A program made the position numbers and the translations under genes. From the IMG/VR virus record IMGVR_UViG_3300030330_003336, positions 1 through 56,086 of that record: DNA of 56,086 nucleotides. One strand, 5' to 3'. The notes under the pieces are model-generated. The model ran no database searches. It had not been told where the DNA came from and saw only the letters and a program-made list of their open reading frames with translations. The number at the start of each line of letters is the position of its first letter. Within the stretch, counting starts at the first letter, position 1. This DNA is from a virus. Its lineage: Duplodnaviria; Caudoviricetes. Positions 36,501-45,492 of this stretch are shown piece by piece.

Positions 36501-39500
36501 TACACTAGCTTGTCCAGACGGACCGTATAAATAAGCATGTCTAGAATTAGCACTGTTATTAGAATTATGACCACAATACATAGGAAAATATGGATCAAAA
36601 ACGTAACATTTTCCAACCAATACACCAGACTCATCATTTCTAGTAGTTTTTTTAGTAGAAAAATATAAAGGGTAATCAGATGCTTGTGTAGCATAAGCAG
36701 AGCTTTGATTGTATGTAGTTTGTCCATGGCCCATACTTTCTGCATTACTCGTAGTGTGTTTTTGTAACACATCATTGTCATATCTTCTTTGATCATACAA
36801 TTTCATTACAGAAACTATTTGTACATCATCTTCTGCTCTTGATAAATATGGTCTAATTCCAAATGTGCTATCAGGAGAATACATTAAATGAACATTTCCC
36901 ATTGTATGAACGTGTTGCCCGAATATATCTGTATCTTGTATAGCATATCTACCATTACTGTAAATTCCAAAATATGAAGATCCAGACATAAAGTTAGCAG
37001 ATGTACTTGCATCACTTTCATTTAAATATAAAGGTTTATTGTCAGTTGTATTAAATCCAACGCATCTATGAGAAGTTTCGCTTAAACCCAAATAACCTTT
37101 TAATACTTGATCGTATATTTGATCTACATTTTCATCTACTATATATTCTGTATCATTTGCTTGAACATTAGCTGCGCCCTTTCCATAACCATCATATCTA
37201 CTTACTTCATTAATCAATCCTGACTGAACTATTGTTCTGTCAGTTTCTGTTCTTTCTGCACGAACAACCTGAAAACCAGATATTTTTTTTAATACATGAG
37301 AAGGTATTTTAAAAGTAAAATCTAAAGCTAAATCAAAAGTTAGGTGTTGTCCCTCTCTATCTTTTGGTACAAAACGTGTAGTTTTAGCATTACCTGATTG
37401 TATTTGACTACCTGAATCAGAATCGTCTGTCCCTGCTATACATGATGTTTTATCGTATATAGTTCCACATGCGGGAACAGAAGCACTGCCATTTGCTGAT
37501 ATTCTATAGTCTTGAACATCTGGGTTTTCTTTGAATCTTGTTGCACTTGAACTAAAATCTCTTCCTATACCTGCAATTGTGCCATCATTATCAGGTCCAA
37601 AATTTATATCTAATTCCCAAGCTTTATCATAATGTTGAGGCATTTGTATGTCTCCAATCCACAATACATTTCCTGGATCACCATTTAAATCATAAACTAA
37701 TACACCAAATCTGTATGTTTCACCTCTTTGATAACCTCTTTTACTGCCAGATGCCATTGGATCTTTATTAGAACCTATATTTAATGTTGCTACATATTCT
37801 GTTGTTGTATTATCTTCTGATGACTCATAATCAGGCGAGCCGCCTGGTTTCCATACGTTATCAGTTTGAAAACTGTCATTTTTTATACTTGTAGAAATAA
37901 ATGGTGAAGAACCGTTATTTATACCACCCCTATTATCTATAGTATCCGAAACTTTAGGAACTTGTCTAAAACTAACTAAACATCCTCCAAGTCCATTACT
38001 ATTATTTGATTCATCCGTATCACCATAATATCCATAACTTTCCGCACCTAAAACTCTTCTTGATCCTACAGCACCATCATCATTATTCCACTGATCATTT
38101 CCCCATTTAATATCATATCCTCCACGCAAATATCTATGAGCTTGATGGTGATTTGTTCCTAATTTATTTAATTTAATATAATTAGCACCACCCGATATTT
38201 CTATAACCGTAGACTCGTCTAATGTTTGTTGACTAAATTCACTACTAGGAGCATAATATTCTTTTACATTTGAATCGTTTGTAGTTAAAGATCCAGCTAC
38301 AGATGTATCTCCATGTGAGTCTAAATCAAACCTACGAACTTTAACATTCCATTCTTTTTCAGATATGTAATTTCTTTTTTGTCGTAAGTTAGCAGCAAAT
38401 AATACATTATCTTTTATTGCTATATCTTTACAAATATCCCAGGTGTTAGATGGTATGAGTATTTTTTCTAGTCCATCTTGAATTACTTCAGTAAGTGTAG
38501 TGTGTTTAAAATTAACTATACCGTTAGATGGAATTGATTTTTTTGTAACTTCAGTTACTTGAGGTGGCACATTTAAATTATTATAAAATAGAGCATATAT
38601 TTGTACTTCATCAAAATCTGTATCTAAATCATCTATTTGTAATTCAAAACCATCAGACGATATTGCCCCTGGCTCTCCACCTGAATATGTTTGATAACTA
38701 GTACTATCAGTGTTTGATATATGATATAAATTACTTTGTGGTGATATTCCTGTTTCTGCTCCTGCATCTGTTAAGTATTTATAGCAATATTGATATACAC
38801 CAACAGGTAAACTTCCAGATATTACATTTTTTAATACAATCTGTGAATGATCGCATTTAGGAGTAATATCTAATTCATCTGGATTTAAATTTTCTAAATT
38901 TTTACCTCTTATATTAAGAGTTCTTAGTGGATTTTTGTTATCTGTCCAATATACTCTTGATATACAATCATTTTCTGTTATACCTTCTACCCTACATTTG
39001 ATGTTGGGATCCATGTTTATATTAGGAAACTCATTTCCTAAATGATTATAACAAACTCTTAATTCTGTAGTTTTAATTACCTCTCCATCAGAATTAAAAT
39101 CTAATAGAAAAAATATAGTTCTAAAGTCATCTATAAAATTTGATCCACCGTTTTCATTATAACCAATATATCCACATACAATAAGAAACAATTGATTTTT
39201 AAATGAAAAATGACCTACAATATTAGCTGCACCTTTTAAACCACCAGGTGTTACAGTAGTACCATCATAACTTCCAACTCCATAAGGGCCTATAACATTA
39301 CCACTTGCATCTGTTCTTGGTGTAAAATAGTTATATTGAAATGGCGTAGTAACAGGATTTCCATTATATAAATAGTCAGACTTACCAAATATTTCTGTAT
39401 CTGTTAAATCTATTAACTTTCTATTACCGTTTATATTTTCTACTGTAAAAGTTGATCCATCGACATTAATTATCTTAATGTTCATAGCATCACGATATGT

Positions 39501-39578
39501 GCCGTCCAATTGTAACCTTGGATCAGAATCGGTAACTAAACCTTTATTAAATCCTTTTACTTGACTTTTCTGCCCCAT
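33579..39578 (-). CDS. Tail stabilisation protein (P22 gp10-like, crAss Tstab)
   Basis: 1999 aa; N-terminal FNKGLVTDSDP...YRDAMNI; VYWTDNKNPLR; GYQRGETYRFGV; C-terminal RLTGTYLRVKL; crAss synteny. Confidence 0.8.
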   Translation of the reverse strand: MGQKSQVKGFNKGLVTDSDPRLQLDGTYRDAMNIKIINVDGSTFTVENINGNRKLIDLTDTEIFGKSDYLYNGNPVTTPFQYNYFTPRTDASGNVIGPYGVGSYDGTTVTPGGLKGAANIVGHFSFKNQLFLIVCGYIGYNENGGSNFIDDFRTIFFLLDFNSDGEVIKTTELRVCYNHLGNEFPNINMDPNIKCRVEGITENDCISRVYWTDNKNPLRTLNIRGKNLENLNPDELDITPKCDHSQIVLKNVISGSLPVGVYQYCYKYLTDAGAETGISPQSNLYHISNTDSTSYQTYSGGEPGAISSDGFELQIDDLDTDFDEVQIYALFYNNLNVPPQVTEVTKKSIPSNGIVNFKHTTLTEVIQDGLEKILIPSNTWDICKDIAIKDNVLFAANLRQKRNYISEKEWNVKVRRFDLDSHGDTSVAGSLTTNDSNVKEYYAPSSEFSQQTLDESTVIEISGGANYIKLNKLGTNHHQAHRYLRGGYDIKWGNDQWNNDDGAVGSRRVLGAESYGYYGDTDESNNSNGLGGCLVSFRQVPKVSDTIDNRGGINNGSSPFISTSIKNDSFQTDNVWKPGGSPDYESSEDNTTTEYVATLNIGSNKDPMASGSKRGYQRGETYRFGVLVYDLNGDPGNVLWIGDIQMPQHYDKAWELDINFGPDNDGTIAGIGRDFSSSATRFKENPDVQDYRISANGSASVPACGTIYDKTSCIAGTDDSDSGSQIQSGNAKTTRFVPKDREGQHLTFDLALDFTFKIPSHVLKKISGFQVVRAERTETDRTIVQSGLINEVSRYDGYGKGAANVQANDTEYIVDENVDQIYDQVLKGYLGLSETSHRCVGFNTTDNKPLYLNESDASTSANFMSGSSYFGIYSNGRYAIQDTDIFGQHVHTMGNVHLMYSPDSTFGIRPYLSRAEDDVQIVSVMKLYDQRRYDNDVLQKHTTSNAESMGHGQTTYNQSSAYATQASDYPLYFSTKKTTRNDESGVLVGKCYVFDPYFPMYCGHNSNNSANSRHAYLYGPSGQASVSGNYQYVHQPATSTFFDMADPYVSAFSPSSLVSMTNTDLNQTKNVVPFAPWYSRKILRAKEIVDGEIVSKGFFDSITLQHSGLHYVWNSGFSNFTLGFIGHYGSHSWGNYLSYAKIHEDLDASDVSYDTISTLQMGTRAILIQSHYEGGYDKLCGKDIDFIIENQDYLATKDAKRYISANSTDCLHRGTKIPFYYYANIYRTNDNQYGGNSIDALEKTRWIAAGNKHQLREGHGDLNGHHHTTVFGGDTFVGMYSHQMTTSPYPEKSYSKWIVFPCESFVNTEMRSGYHLGANNHIEGFDQTAPPFSNDWFYNPVYSQENNTKSYLSVKRKDCEYTDLPYEVAYSKTKLAGEESDAFRVFPIFNFYDVEAIHGGINRLVNFNNEIYFVQENAFGQLLVNPRTFLSDAAGGQTLFTGSGDTIESHQYISVKYGTQHMHSVVVSESGLYYFDSRYAKLLKFDTAKQFTVLSDEIGCRDLFKKAIEYGRLTTREKYLKAPRVNLGDMPLYFIGIHGGFDYQNNTVYYTFSDRLRIDKYDREKYPEGRYVLNRKRIDPSNGTISYQTVGRNVLNLSDIGSINAQYPEGTGNGGFAERSFYSTTIGISEDLNAVVSKYSVYPQQWIEHQGSLITPKARSPFITLSTGGVYQAGLFDSNPTGNPTFVTAGSGCSGVYGRNENYYFNPSKYIRGVYELAEGPLQLYKWDDIFTPKLTFFDDVQIHPKNNASVAVIDYQNISGFVGQLEISAIDGNGIITSINVIDPGTNYASGTYDIEDSLGNVVATIDSVDGLLDASTINITSTDSYTLGDAITIVSPTDSRVPVIDAAYLEKVINEAPGDNKKFDNFASVMTVGDINNVYYGTDNNNVDRNKATNNSNIASQDIGRYIEKIEFVTDFSDIGLMNVSTSSNPYYQTNMSFNDRLHKYREGVLRAPLRNLYSVDKNPRLTGTYLRVKLTARTQEKFNIFAIMAKYRKSFN

Positions 39579-40591
39579 TAGTAAGTATTTAATCCATCGT
39601 ATCGTGGAGGGTTATATGAAGTAATTGGTATTTTAGCATTCCATAGTTTACCAATCTTAAGTAACTCTACAGAACTTGGCATATTATCATCACCTCTTAC
39701 TTTAGCACAAAGATGATACCATCTTCTTTCTAAATCTTTTATTATATATTGTGGTGCATTACCAGAGTAATAATCTATAGATTTATGTTTCCACATAATA
39801 TAAAAAGCCACGGCTTCCTCGTGCCCTTGCCTTACTGTTGGATATCCATTCTCGTCCGTGTGCGCGCGCAGGTATGATATTACAACATCATCTGTATATT
39901 TTCTAGAAAAATTTATTCTGTTGCCTTCCACATAATATCTGTCTTGCTGATCACTTATCTTACTTCTAAACTGTGAACTAGATGGTTCTATAATATCATC
40001 ACCTACTCTTACATTTAACAACTTAACCAAATCATTAGGTAGTGTAACTTGTTTATTTTGTATTCTATGTTTAGCTCCTGTAAATCTTTGTGTTATATCA
40101 GGTTTTCCAGAAACATCTAACTCTATAAAAATTGGATTAGCTTGAAATCCTGCGCTTATAGAAAGTTCTAAGATATTTGTTCCAGCCGTATATGACGCAT
40201 TAATACCTAATGCATTTTTTAAATACGATCCATCTATTACTGTTACTGCATTAGCAAGGGTTGCATCTAAATCAGCACCTATAGATATTTCATTCACTGC
40301 TGTTGTTGTTCCTACATAATTAGAACTTGACAAATCCCTAAATCTAAATTTAGTTCCGTTTATTGATATAAACTGTTTGCTTAAAGAATTATCAGTAAAT
40401 TTTATTTTAGCAATTTGTGAAACAGTTTCTGTAGAGTAAGTTCGTTCAGCTCTTTCAAATGTATCTCTACTACCAATATATTGCTCTGCCTCAAATACCC
40501 ATTCAGCCCAAGAGTCTACATGTTTATTGTATTCTCTTAATCCAAGGTTTCTAGAAACATTATTAAATACTCTAAATGCGGATACTCTCAT
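39578..40591 (-). CDS. Tail tubular / ring protein (crAss Ttub-like)
   Basis: WVFEAEQYIG...LPNDLVKL...YYVEGNRINF...DENGYP...EAVAFYI; directly upstream of Tstab. Confidence 0.7.
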   Translation of the reverse strand: MRVSAFRVFNNVSRNLGLREYNKHVDSWAEWVFEAEQYIGSRDTFERAERTYSTETVSQIAKIKFTDNSLSKQFISINGTKFRFRDLSSSNYVGTTTAVNEISIGADLDATLANAVTVIDGSYLKNALGINASYTAGTNILELSISAGFQANPIFIELDVSGKPDITQRFTGAKHRIQNKQVTLPNDLVKLLNVRVGDDIIEPSSSQFRSKISDQQDRYYVEGNRINFSRKYTDDVVISYLRAHTDENGYPTVRQGHEEAVAFYIMWKHKSIDYYSGNAPQYIIKDLERRWYHLCAKVRGDDNMPSSVELLKIGKLWNAKIPITSYNPPRYDGLNTY

Positions 40592-40592
40592 A

Positions 40593-41081
40593 TTATGCTG
40601 TTGTTGCTATTAATACCTCTACTTGTACATTTGCTGAATCTGCTCTTAAAAATATTTCATCTATAGCTCCACCTCTTGCAGTAACTGCTGTGCCACCTGC
40701 ATTTGCTTCAATATCTGTAGATGTTAAAATAAAACTTGCATCTGGATCTACAGTTATACCCGCAACATCACCACCTGTATCTTCTAAAATAACTCCTACT
40801 GCATTTGTATCATCAAGATTAGTTATTCTAATATATTCTACAGCAGATCTTTTAAAAGCTCCAGGAGCCCCAGCTTCACTACCATTATCTACTAAATCAA
40901 CAACCTTTACTTGATTTGTATTTGGTAAATTTAAAACACGAACATCAATATTGTCTATACTTGCAAAAGTTTTAGTTATTGTTTGTGCATGCGATCTGTT
41001 GTCTGCAGAATTATTGTGTGTTACAGTTAATGCTTCTGTAATTGTTACTGTTAATGTGCCACCTGTTAATCTAGTTGCCAT
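40593..41081 (-). CDS. Small virion beta-sandwich protein
   Basis: YIRITNLDDTNAVGV...ADSANVQVEV, similar to 6341-6724. Confidence 0.6.
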   Translation of the reverse strand: MATRLTGGTLTVTITEALTVTHNNSADNRSHAQTITKTFASIDNIDVRVLNLPNTNQVKVVDLVDNGSEAGAPGAFKRSAVEYIRITNLDDTNAVGVILEDTGGDVAGITVDPDASFILTSTDIEANAGGTAVTARGGAIDEIFLRADSANVQVEVLIATTA

Positions 41082-41082
41082 T

Positions 41083-41547
41083 TTATGTAGTTTTTAATTT
41101 TTTAATTTTTTCTTTAAATATGCCTAATGGCATAATCTTACATTTACTATATTTCTTTGGTCGCTTCCAAACAACCTTATAATAATAATCATCTAATATA
41201 GGCACTTTGTATTTAACAAGCTCTCCTTTATTGTTTGACTCATTAATGTCTACACGATAATGAAAAGCTCTTTTATGTTGTTTCTTGTCTAAATACAAGT
41301 AACCCATATCTCCTGGCAAATGTATTAGTTCGTTTTTTTGCACTAAATCTCTTGCCAATATTTCAAAAAACTTTTTGATTACAGAATAATATGTTTTGTA
41401 ATCAAGTTGTTTTTCCCTAAACTTTTTTTGCCCCTTTAACCACTCTCCCTTTATTGTAACAGCTTTTTTTATATTGTTGTATATATCTCTAGCTGTTTCA
41501 TATTTATCCCTGTGTTTGCGGCTGAATAATTTTTGTTGTGTCTGCAT
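41083..41547 (-). CDS. IHF/HU-like DNA-binding protein (crAss structural-module type)
   Basis: Basic; YYSVIKKFFEILARDLV...IHLPGDMGYLYL HU-like pattern; expected synteny. Confidence 0.6.
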   Translation of the reverse strand: MQTQQKLFSRKHRDKYETARDIYNNIKKAVTIKGEWLKGQKKFREKQLDYKTYYSVIKKFFEILARDLVQKNELIHLPGDMGYLYLDKKQHKRAFHYRVDINESNNKGELVKYKVPILDDYYYKVVWKRPKKYSKCKIMPLGIFKEKIKKLKTT

Positions 41548-42409
41548 TATCAGTTATTGAATCATTCAGTGATGTAAGTGAAGCTTGCATTTCTGCCGAT
41601 AGTATTCTTCTATTTAACTCACTAATCATTTCTTGTGGCAAAGGATATTCTAAGTCATCACTTGTCCAACTATTATTTTCAGTTGGATTTTTTAATAAAG
41701 CAAAAACAATAAAAGCATAAGACTTAGGATCTGCATTATATCCTCCTACAGTTGCCCTATCTACAGATTTTAAATTATCCACTGTAAGAGTAATTTTATT
41801 TGCCTCATTATTTAAAACGTGTGCCGTAGGAGTATTATTTGTAAATCTATTGTGTTTTTTATGATAATATTCATCTCTTGTTACAACAGATATATCAATT
41901 CCACCACGTCTACCTGCATAATCATCATCATTTATAGCAACAGCTCTTACAGTGCCTAATCCATGTTTAGAGTTATTTGTTACTAATTGTGGTATTCTTA
42001 ATCTTATAATACCATAATCAAGTGGTTCTTCGAAAAAATATGAATGTGTAAGTTCTAACGCATCAGTGTCTTGTGTCTCAGCTACACTACTATCAAACTT
42101 ACTTATACCAGCAGCATTTGCTGTTCTTCCAGAAAAAGGTATTATATATGATTGGCTAACCGTATGAGTGTCATGATAGTCTTTCCAAGCAGTGCGTGTT
42201 TCTACATCATCATCCTGTGTAATACTTAATTTTTGATAACAATCAATTGGAACCCCTCTACCATCAGCAATCATTTCACCCAAAATTTGAGCTCTATAAT
42301 AATGTATCCAAAACTTTATCTGTTGTGTGGATACATTTTGTTCAGAGTTAGTATTACCGCCATAAGCGATGTTTTTAATATTATATGCTAATTCATTTAA
42401 AGTTGCCAT
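41504..42409 (-). CDS. Conserved crAss-like structural (ring/adaptor) protein
   Basis: MATLNELAYNI...QIKFWIHYYRAQ...LEYPLPQEMI; synteny. Confidence 0.65.
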   Translation of the reverse strand: MATLNELAYNIKNIAYGGNTNSEQNVSTQQIKFWIHYYRAQILGEMIADGRGVPIDCYQKLSITQDDDVETRTAWKDYHDTHTVSQSYIIPFSGRTANAAGISKFDSSVAETQDTDALELTHSYFFEEPLDYGIIRLRIPQLVTNNSKHGLGTVRAVAINDDDYAGRRGGIDISVVTRDEYYHKKHNRFTNNTPTAHVLNNEANKITLTVDNLKSVDRATVGGYNADPKSYAFIVFALLKNPTENNSWTSDDLEYPLPQEMISELNRRILSAEMQASLTSLNDSITDNADTTKIIQPQTQG

Positions 42410-42417
42410 ACCACTTA

Positions 42418-42425
42418 CAAAAATA
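42418..42425 (-). promoter_or_regulatory. Bacteroidota -7 promoter element
   Basis: TATTTTTG, 8 nt upstream of the ATG at 42409. Confidence 0.55.
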
Positions 42426-42442
42426 CTTTAATTTATTCGTAT

Positions 42443-42484
42443 AAACAACAATAGGCCCTTAGCTGTAAAGCATGCAGACCTATC
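42443..42484 (-). terminator. Possible intrinsic terminator
   Basis: ATAGGTC...GGCCTAT stem followed by TGTTGTTT on the minus strand; the loop is large. Confidence 0.35.
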
Positions 42485-42507
42485 ATTGCGCAGGGAGCAA
42501 AAAGCTC

Positions 42508-43176
42508 TTATATTGATTTGCTCTGCTCTGTCTCAACCGATTGCGATTGGATATTCATACTTTCTATGTTTACAACCATTTTTCTTACAGCTAAATCTAA
42601 TATCTCTCGTTGATATATTTCTTTAACCCTATTGTTATCGTCATCATTAAAAACGTCATCTCTATCTCTAAATATAAGCTGTACTGCTTGTGATTCACCT
42701 GTTGCTCTTGTAGGTCTAAAATAAACTTTTGCAACATTGTTCATTCCTTGTCTAACATAACAATACGGGTTTATATCGGAAGGTTTTTTAAAAGGATCAG
42801 ATGTATGCTCGTGATCCCAAAAATCTTTTGTACCTATAATTTTGTGATTGTTTCTTGCATGTGGCACTCCATCATCGTCAAGCAAAAATGTTCTAAAATG
42901 AATTAGATGAATATAATCTTTATGCAAATCCATTCCAAAACCATTCCAAACAGTTTCTTCATCTGTGTTATCACTTGATCCTATTTGTTCTGTGTGTACA
43001 AAAAACATTAACGCATCACGAGATATTTGTTCTTGATCGTAAAACTCATAGTGATGATTTATAAAAGCCATAATAGCTTGATCTAAGAATTTATTTTTTT
43101 CATCATCTGTAAAATAAGGCTGGTCAGCTTTATCTAACAGAAGATCAATCATATCATATGCCTCTTGTAAATTCAC
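42508..43176 (-). CDS. Conserved crAss-like structural (ring/adaptor) protein
   Basis: GTG start; LLDKADQPYFTDDEKNKFLDQA...DPFKKP...EILDLAV; synteny. Confidence 0.65.
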   Translation of the reverse strand: MNLQEAYDMIDLLLDKADQPYFTDDEKNKFLDQAIMAFINHHYEFYDQEQISRDALMFFVHTEQIGSSDNTDEETVWNGFGMDLHKDYIHLIHFRTFLLDDDGVPHARNNHKIIGTKDFWDHEHTSDPFKKPSDINPYCYVRQGMNNVAKVYFRPTRATGESQAVQLIFRDRDDVFNDDDNNRVKEIYQREILDLAVRKMVVNIESMNIQSQSVETEQSKSI

Positions 43177-43892
43177 TACTTAACTCCAGTTTCTTTTTTA
43201 ATGTCCTCAATAACATCATCCGAAAGTTCTTCTAGTACTACTTCTTGTTTTGTTTTAGGTAGATTACCTCTTAGTTGATTTTTAAGTAATGCATAAATAT
43301 CAGAGTTATCTTTCAACCACATTACTGCTTGATCTTCTGATAATCCAATATTTGAGGAACCATACTTGTATGTACCATTTACAAATGTAAATACTTTCTT
43401 TTCTAAACATTCTTTGATAAATACTTTATATGGTGCATCTGCATCATTTAAATATTCCAAAAACTTAACTGGATTATCGCTAGCATAAGAAATAATCTTT
43501 GCTTTACGAATGTTGTCATCCCAGTCACCAGATAATCCTATAAGTCTACATAGACTTTCAATTTCTTTTTTAGATAATCCTGCTGCTGCAGTAACTGAGT
43601 CAGCTTTTGCCAACGCTTCTTCTGCTAATCTGTTTTCATTAGCTGATATATCCTCTATTGTGAATTTACCACCCATCATTGGATGATCTTTTAAAAACTC
43701 ATAGATTCTTCTATCGTCTTCATCATTGATATCAAGAGGCACAACTGCTTGATGCATTTCCCATCCACTAACTACTAATCCATTTGGATCAATAAGTTCA
43801 ATTAGTTTACCTTTTCTGTTTTTGTAATTCCCAAACTTAGCATAGTTAAACTTGCCTGGGTTACCTGCTTTAATTAATACTACGTGTTTCAT
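43176..43892 (-). CDS. Conserved crAss-like capsid-module protein
   Basis: LDINDEDDRRIYEFLKDHP...NPVKFL...GTYKYG...AVMWL; downstream of MCP. Confidence 0.6.
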   Translation of the reverse strand: MKHVVLIKAGNPGKFNYAKFGNYKNRKGKLIELIDPNGLVVSGWEMHQAVVPLDINDEDDRRIYEFLKDHPMMGGKFTIEDISANENRLAEEALAKADSVTAAAGLSKKEIESLCRLIGLSGDWDDNIRKAKIISYASDNPVKFLEYLNDADAPYKVFIKECLEKKVFTFVNGTYKYGSSNIGLSEDQAVMWLKDNSDIYALLKNQLRGNLPKTKQEVVLEELSDDVIEDIKKETGVK

Positions 43893-43919
43893 TTTAAATA
43901 GTTTTAGTTAATTACTCCC

Positions 43920-44123
43920 TTATTTTTGATTTGTTGGATCACCTTGTTTAGTTCTTACAACTTGATTTTTACCAGTTATCCAAGTTTTATTAGCCGATTT
44001 ATTTAGCCATTTAAGACCACCGCTTCCTTTTACGCTAATATGGAAAGCTCTTTCTTTTACTTGTTTTGGTTCGTTTGTAATATCTACAACCTTACCATCT
44101 CTTACTGCATATACTGTCTTCAT
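43920..44123 (-). CDS. Small hypothetical protein
   Basis: Likely start MKTVYAVRDG at 44123, just after a promoter element. Confidence 0.55.
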   Translation of the reverse strand: MKTVYAVRDGKVVDITNEPKQVKERAFHISVKGSGGLKWLNKSANKTWITGKNQVVRTKQGDPTNQK

Positions 44124-44127
44124 ATTG

Positions 44128-44135
44128 CAAATATA
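44128..44135 (-). promoter_or_regulatory. Bacteroidota -7 promoter element
   Basis: TATATTTG-CAAT-ATG. Confidence 0.6.
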
Positions 44136-44165
44136 AGAATAATGGAGGGGACAAGCCCCTCCGTT
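44136..44165 (-). terminator. Intrinsic terminator after the capsid operon
   Basis: GGAGGGG-cttgt-CCCCTCC stem followed by ATTATTCTT. Confidence 0.65.
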
Positions 44166-44179
44166 ACTCAAATTGTTAA

Positions 44180-44698
44180 TTACGATGTAGTAATAGCTCC
44201 ACTAATAGAGGAACCACCACCCATTATAACATAAAGTCCGCCAACAAAAACTAGCTCAACAAAATCACCTTTTTCTGCACTAGTACCGAAAAGAATGTTA
44301 GAGACTTCTGTACCAGCAGTACCAGCACCTACATCACCACCAGCATCCTTTAAAGGACCAGCAATAATAGCAGATCCAGCAGCAATAGTAATTATTTCAG
44401 CTGGAGTATCTTCTGTGTTCACAAATCTAAACCACATTCCTTCTTCTGCTTGAGCAGCGGTTGGTAATGTAATTGTATACGCTGCCGCAGAAGAATCACT
44501 CAAAAGAAAAATCTTTCCTGAATCTTCAGCAGTTAACGTTTTTGCAGCATTCGCTGTTTCTACAATATATGCTTGACGCATTTTTGGTACGTGTACTGAT
44601 TCAGTACCAGCAGCCTCAGCTGTGCCGTCAAATTTTGTAGGTAATAAGAATCCACCGATAGCAGTTCTTAACTTGTTAAAATCAAATTTCAAAGCCAT
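44180..44698 (-). CDS. Capsid decoration / head fibre-like protein
   Basis: AKTLTAEDSGKIFLL...TITLPTAA...GMWFRF...GDFVEL pattern; located in the MCP operon. Confidence 0.6.
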   Translation of the reverse strand: MALKFDFNKLRTAIGGFLLPTKFDGTAEAAGTESVHVPKMRQAYIVETANAAKTLTAEDSGKIFLLSDSSAAAYTITLPTAAQAEEGMWFRFVNTEDTPAEIITIAAGSAIIAGPLKDAGGDVGAGTAGTEVSNILFGTSAEKGDFVELVFVGGLYVIMGGGSSISGAITTS

Positions 44699-44727
44699 TT
44701 CTATTTATTTTAAATATTAATAATTAA

Positions 44728-44811
44728 GGTATTGCCGTTTAAGCTTCTCTTCCGTCAATACCAGTTAAGTGATTATTGAGGGGTTACTCTGTACTTCACC
44801 CCTCCCTAATC
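44728..44811 (-). promoter_or_regulatory. Two-hairpin structured intergenic element
   Basis: GATTA-GG-GAGGGGT...ACCCCTC-AA-TAATC and GGTATTG...CAATACC. Confidence 0.45.
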
Positions 44812-44821
44812 GTTAGTTATA

Positions 44822-45148
44822 TTAAGTTGCAGGAGATATGTCCGATATTGAATCACCAGGAATAAAATCCTTATCAATAGGTCCAAATATCATATTATTA
44901 CTTATAGAACCAGCTATATGTAATAATTTATCTGCAATTTTTTGTGAATCACCACTTGAGCATGTAATTACAATTGAATCATTCTGAGCATCACCATTTC
45001 CAGTTTCGCCTTTCTCTAATAAAATTGTAACAGTTGTCGCACCAGTTTGAACATAATTAATATCACTAACAGCAACATAGTAAAATGTACCCGCTACATT
45101 AGCAGAACTATTTACATCTTGAAATTTTAAAAATTTTTCTTTTGCCAT
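44822..45148 (-). CDS. Accessory capsid protein, paralog of 45170-45475
   Basis: FLKFQDV...FYYVAVSDINYV...CSSGDSQKIADKL. Confidence 0.6.
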   Translation of the reverse strand: MAKEKFLKFQDVNSSANVAGTFYYVAVSDINYVQTGATTVTILLEKGETGNGDAQNDSIVITCSSGDSQKIADKLLHIAGSISNNMIFGPIDKDFIPGDSISDISPAT

Positions 45149-45169
45149 AATAGTATATATTAATTGTTA

Positions 45170-45475
45170 TTAAACTGCCGCAGCATCAATATCAGTAATT
45201 CCCGATAAGAAATCTACGTCTACAAACATAATATCTCCTTTAGAGATACTCATCGCTCTTTGAATTAGCATATCAGCTAATTTTTCAGAGTCGCCTGAAG
45301 CACATGTTAATCTAATCGTATCATCAGAATTGCCATCAGCACCAGCACCATCTACATGAAACAAAACAGTAGTTGCTGTAGTAGACACATATTTGATGTT
45401 ACTAATAGCTACATAAAAAAATACATTAGCTTGATTAGCTGATCCGTCTACAGATTGAAATTTTATAAATGCCAT
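45170..45475 (-). CDS. Accessory capsid protein
   Basis: FIKFQSV...FFYVAISNIKYV...CASGDSEKLADML; immediately after MCP. Confidence 0.6.
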   Translation of the reverse strand: MAFIKFQSVDGSANQANVFFYVAISNIKYVSTTATTVLFHVDGAGADGNSDDTIRLTCASGDSEKLADMLIQRAMSISKGDIMFVDVDFLSGITDIDAAAV

Positions 45476-45492
45476 AATAAAATAGTTTTATG

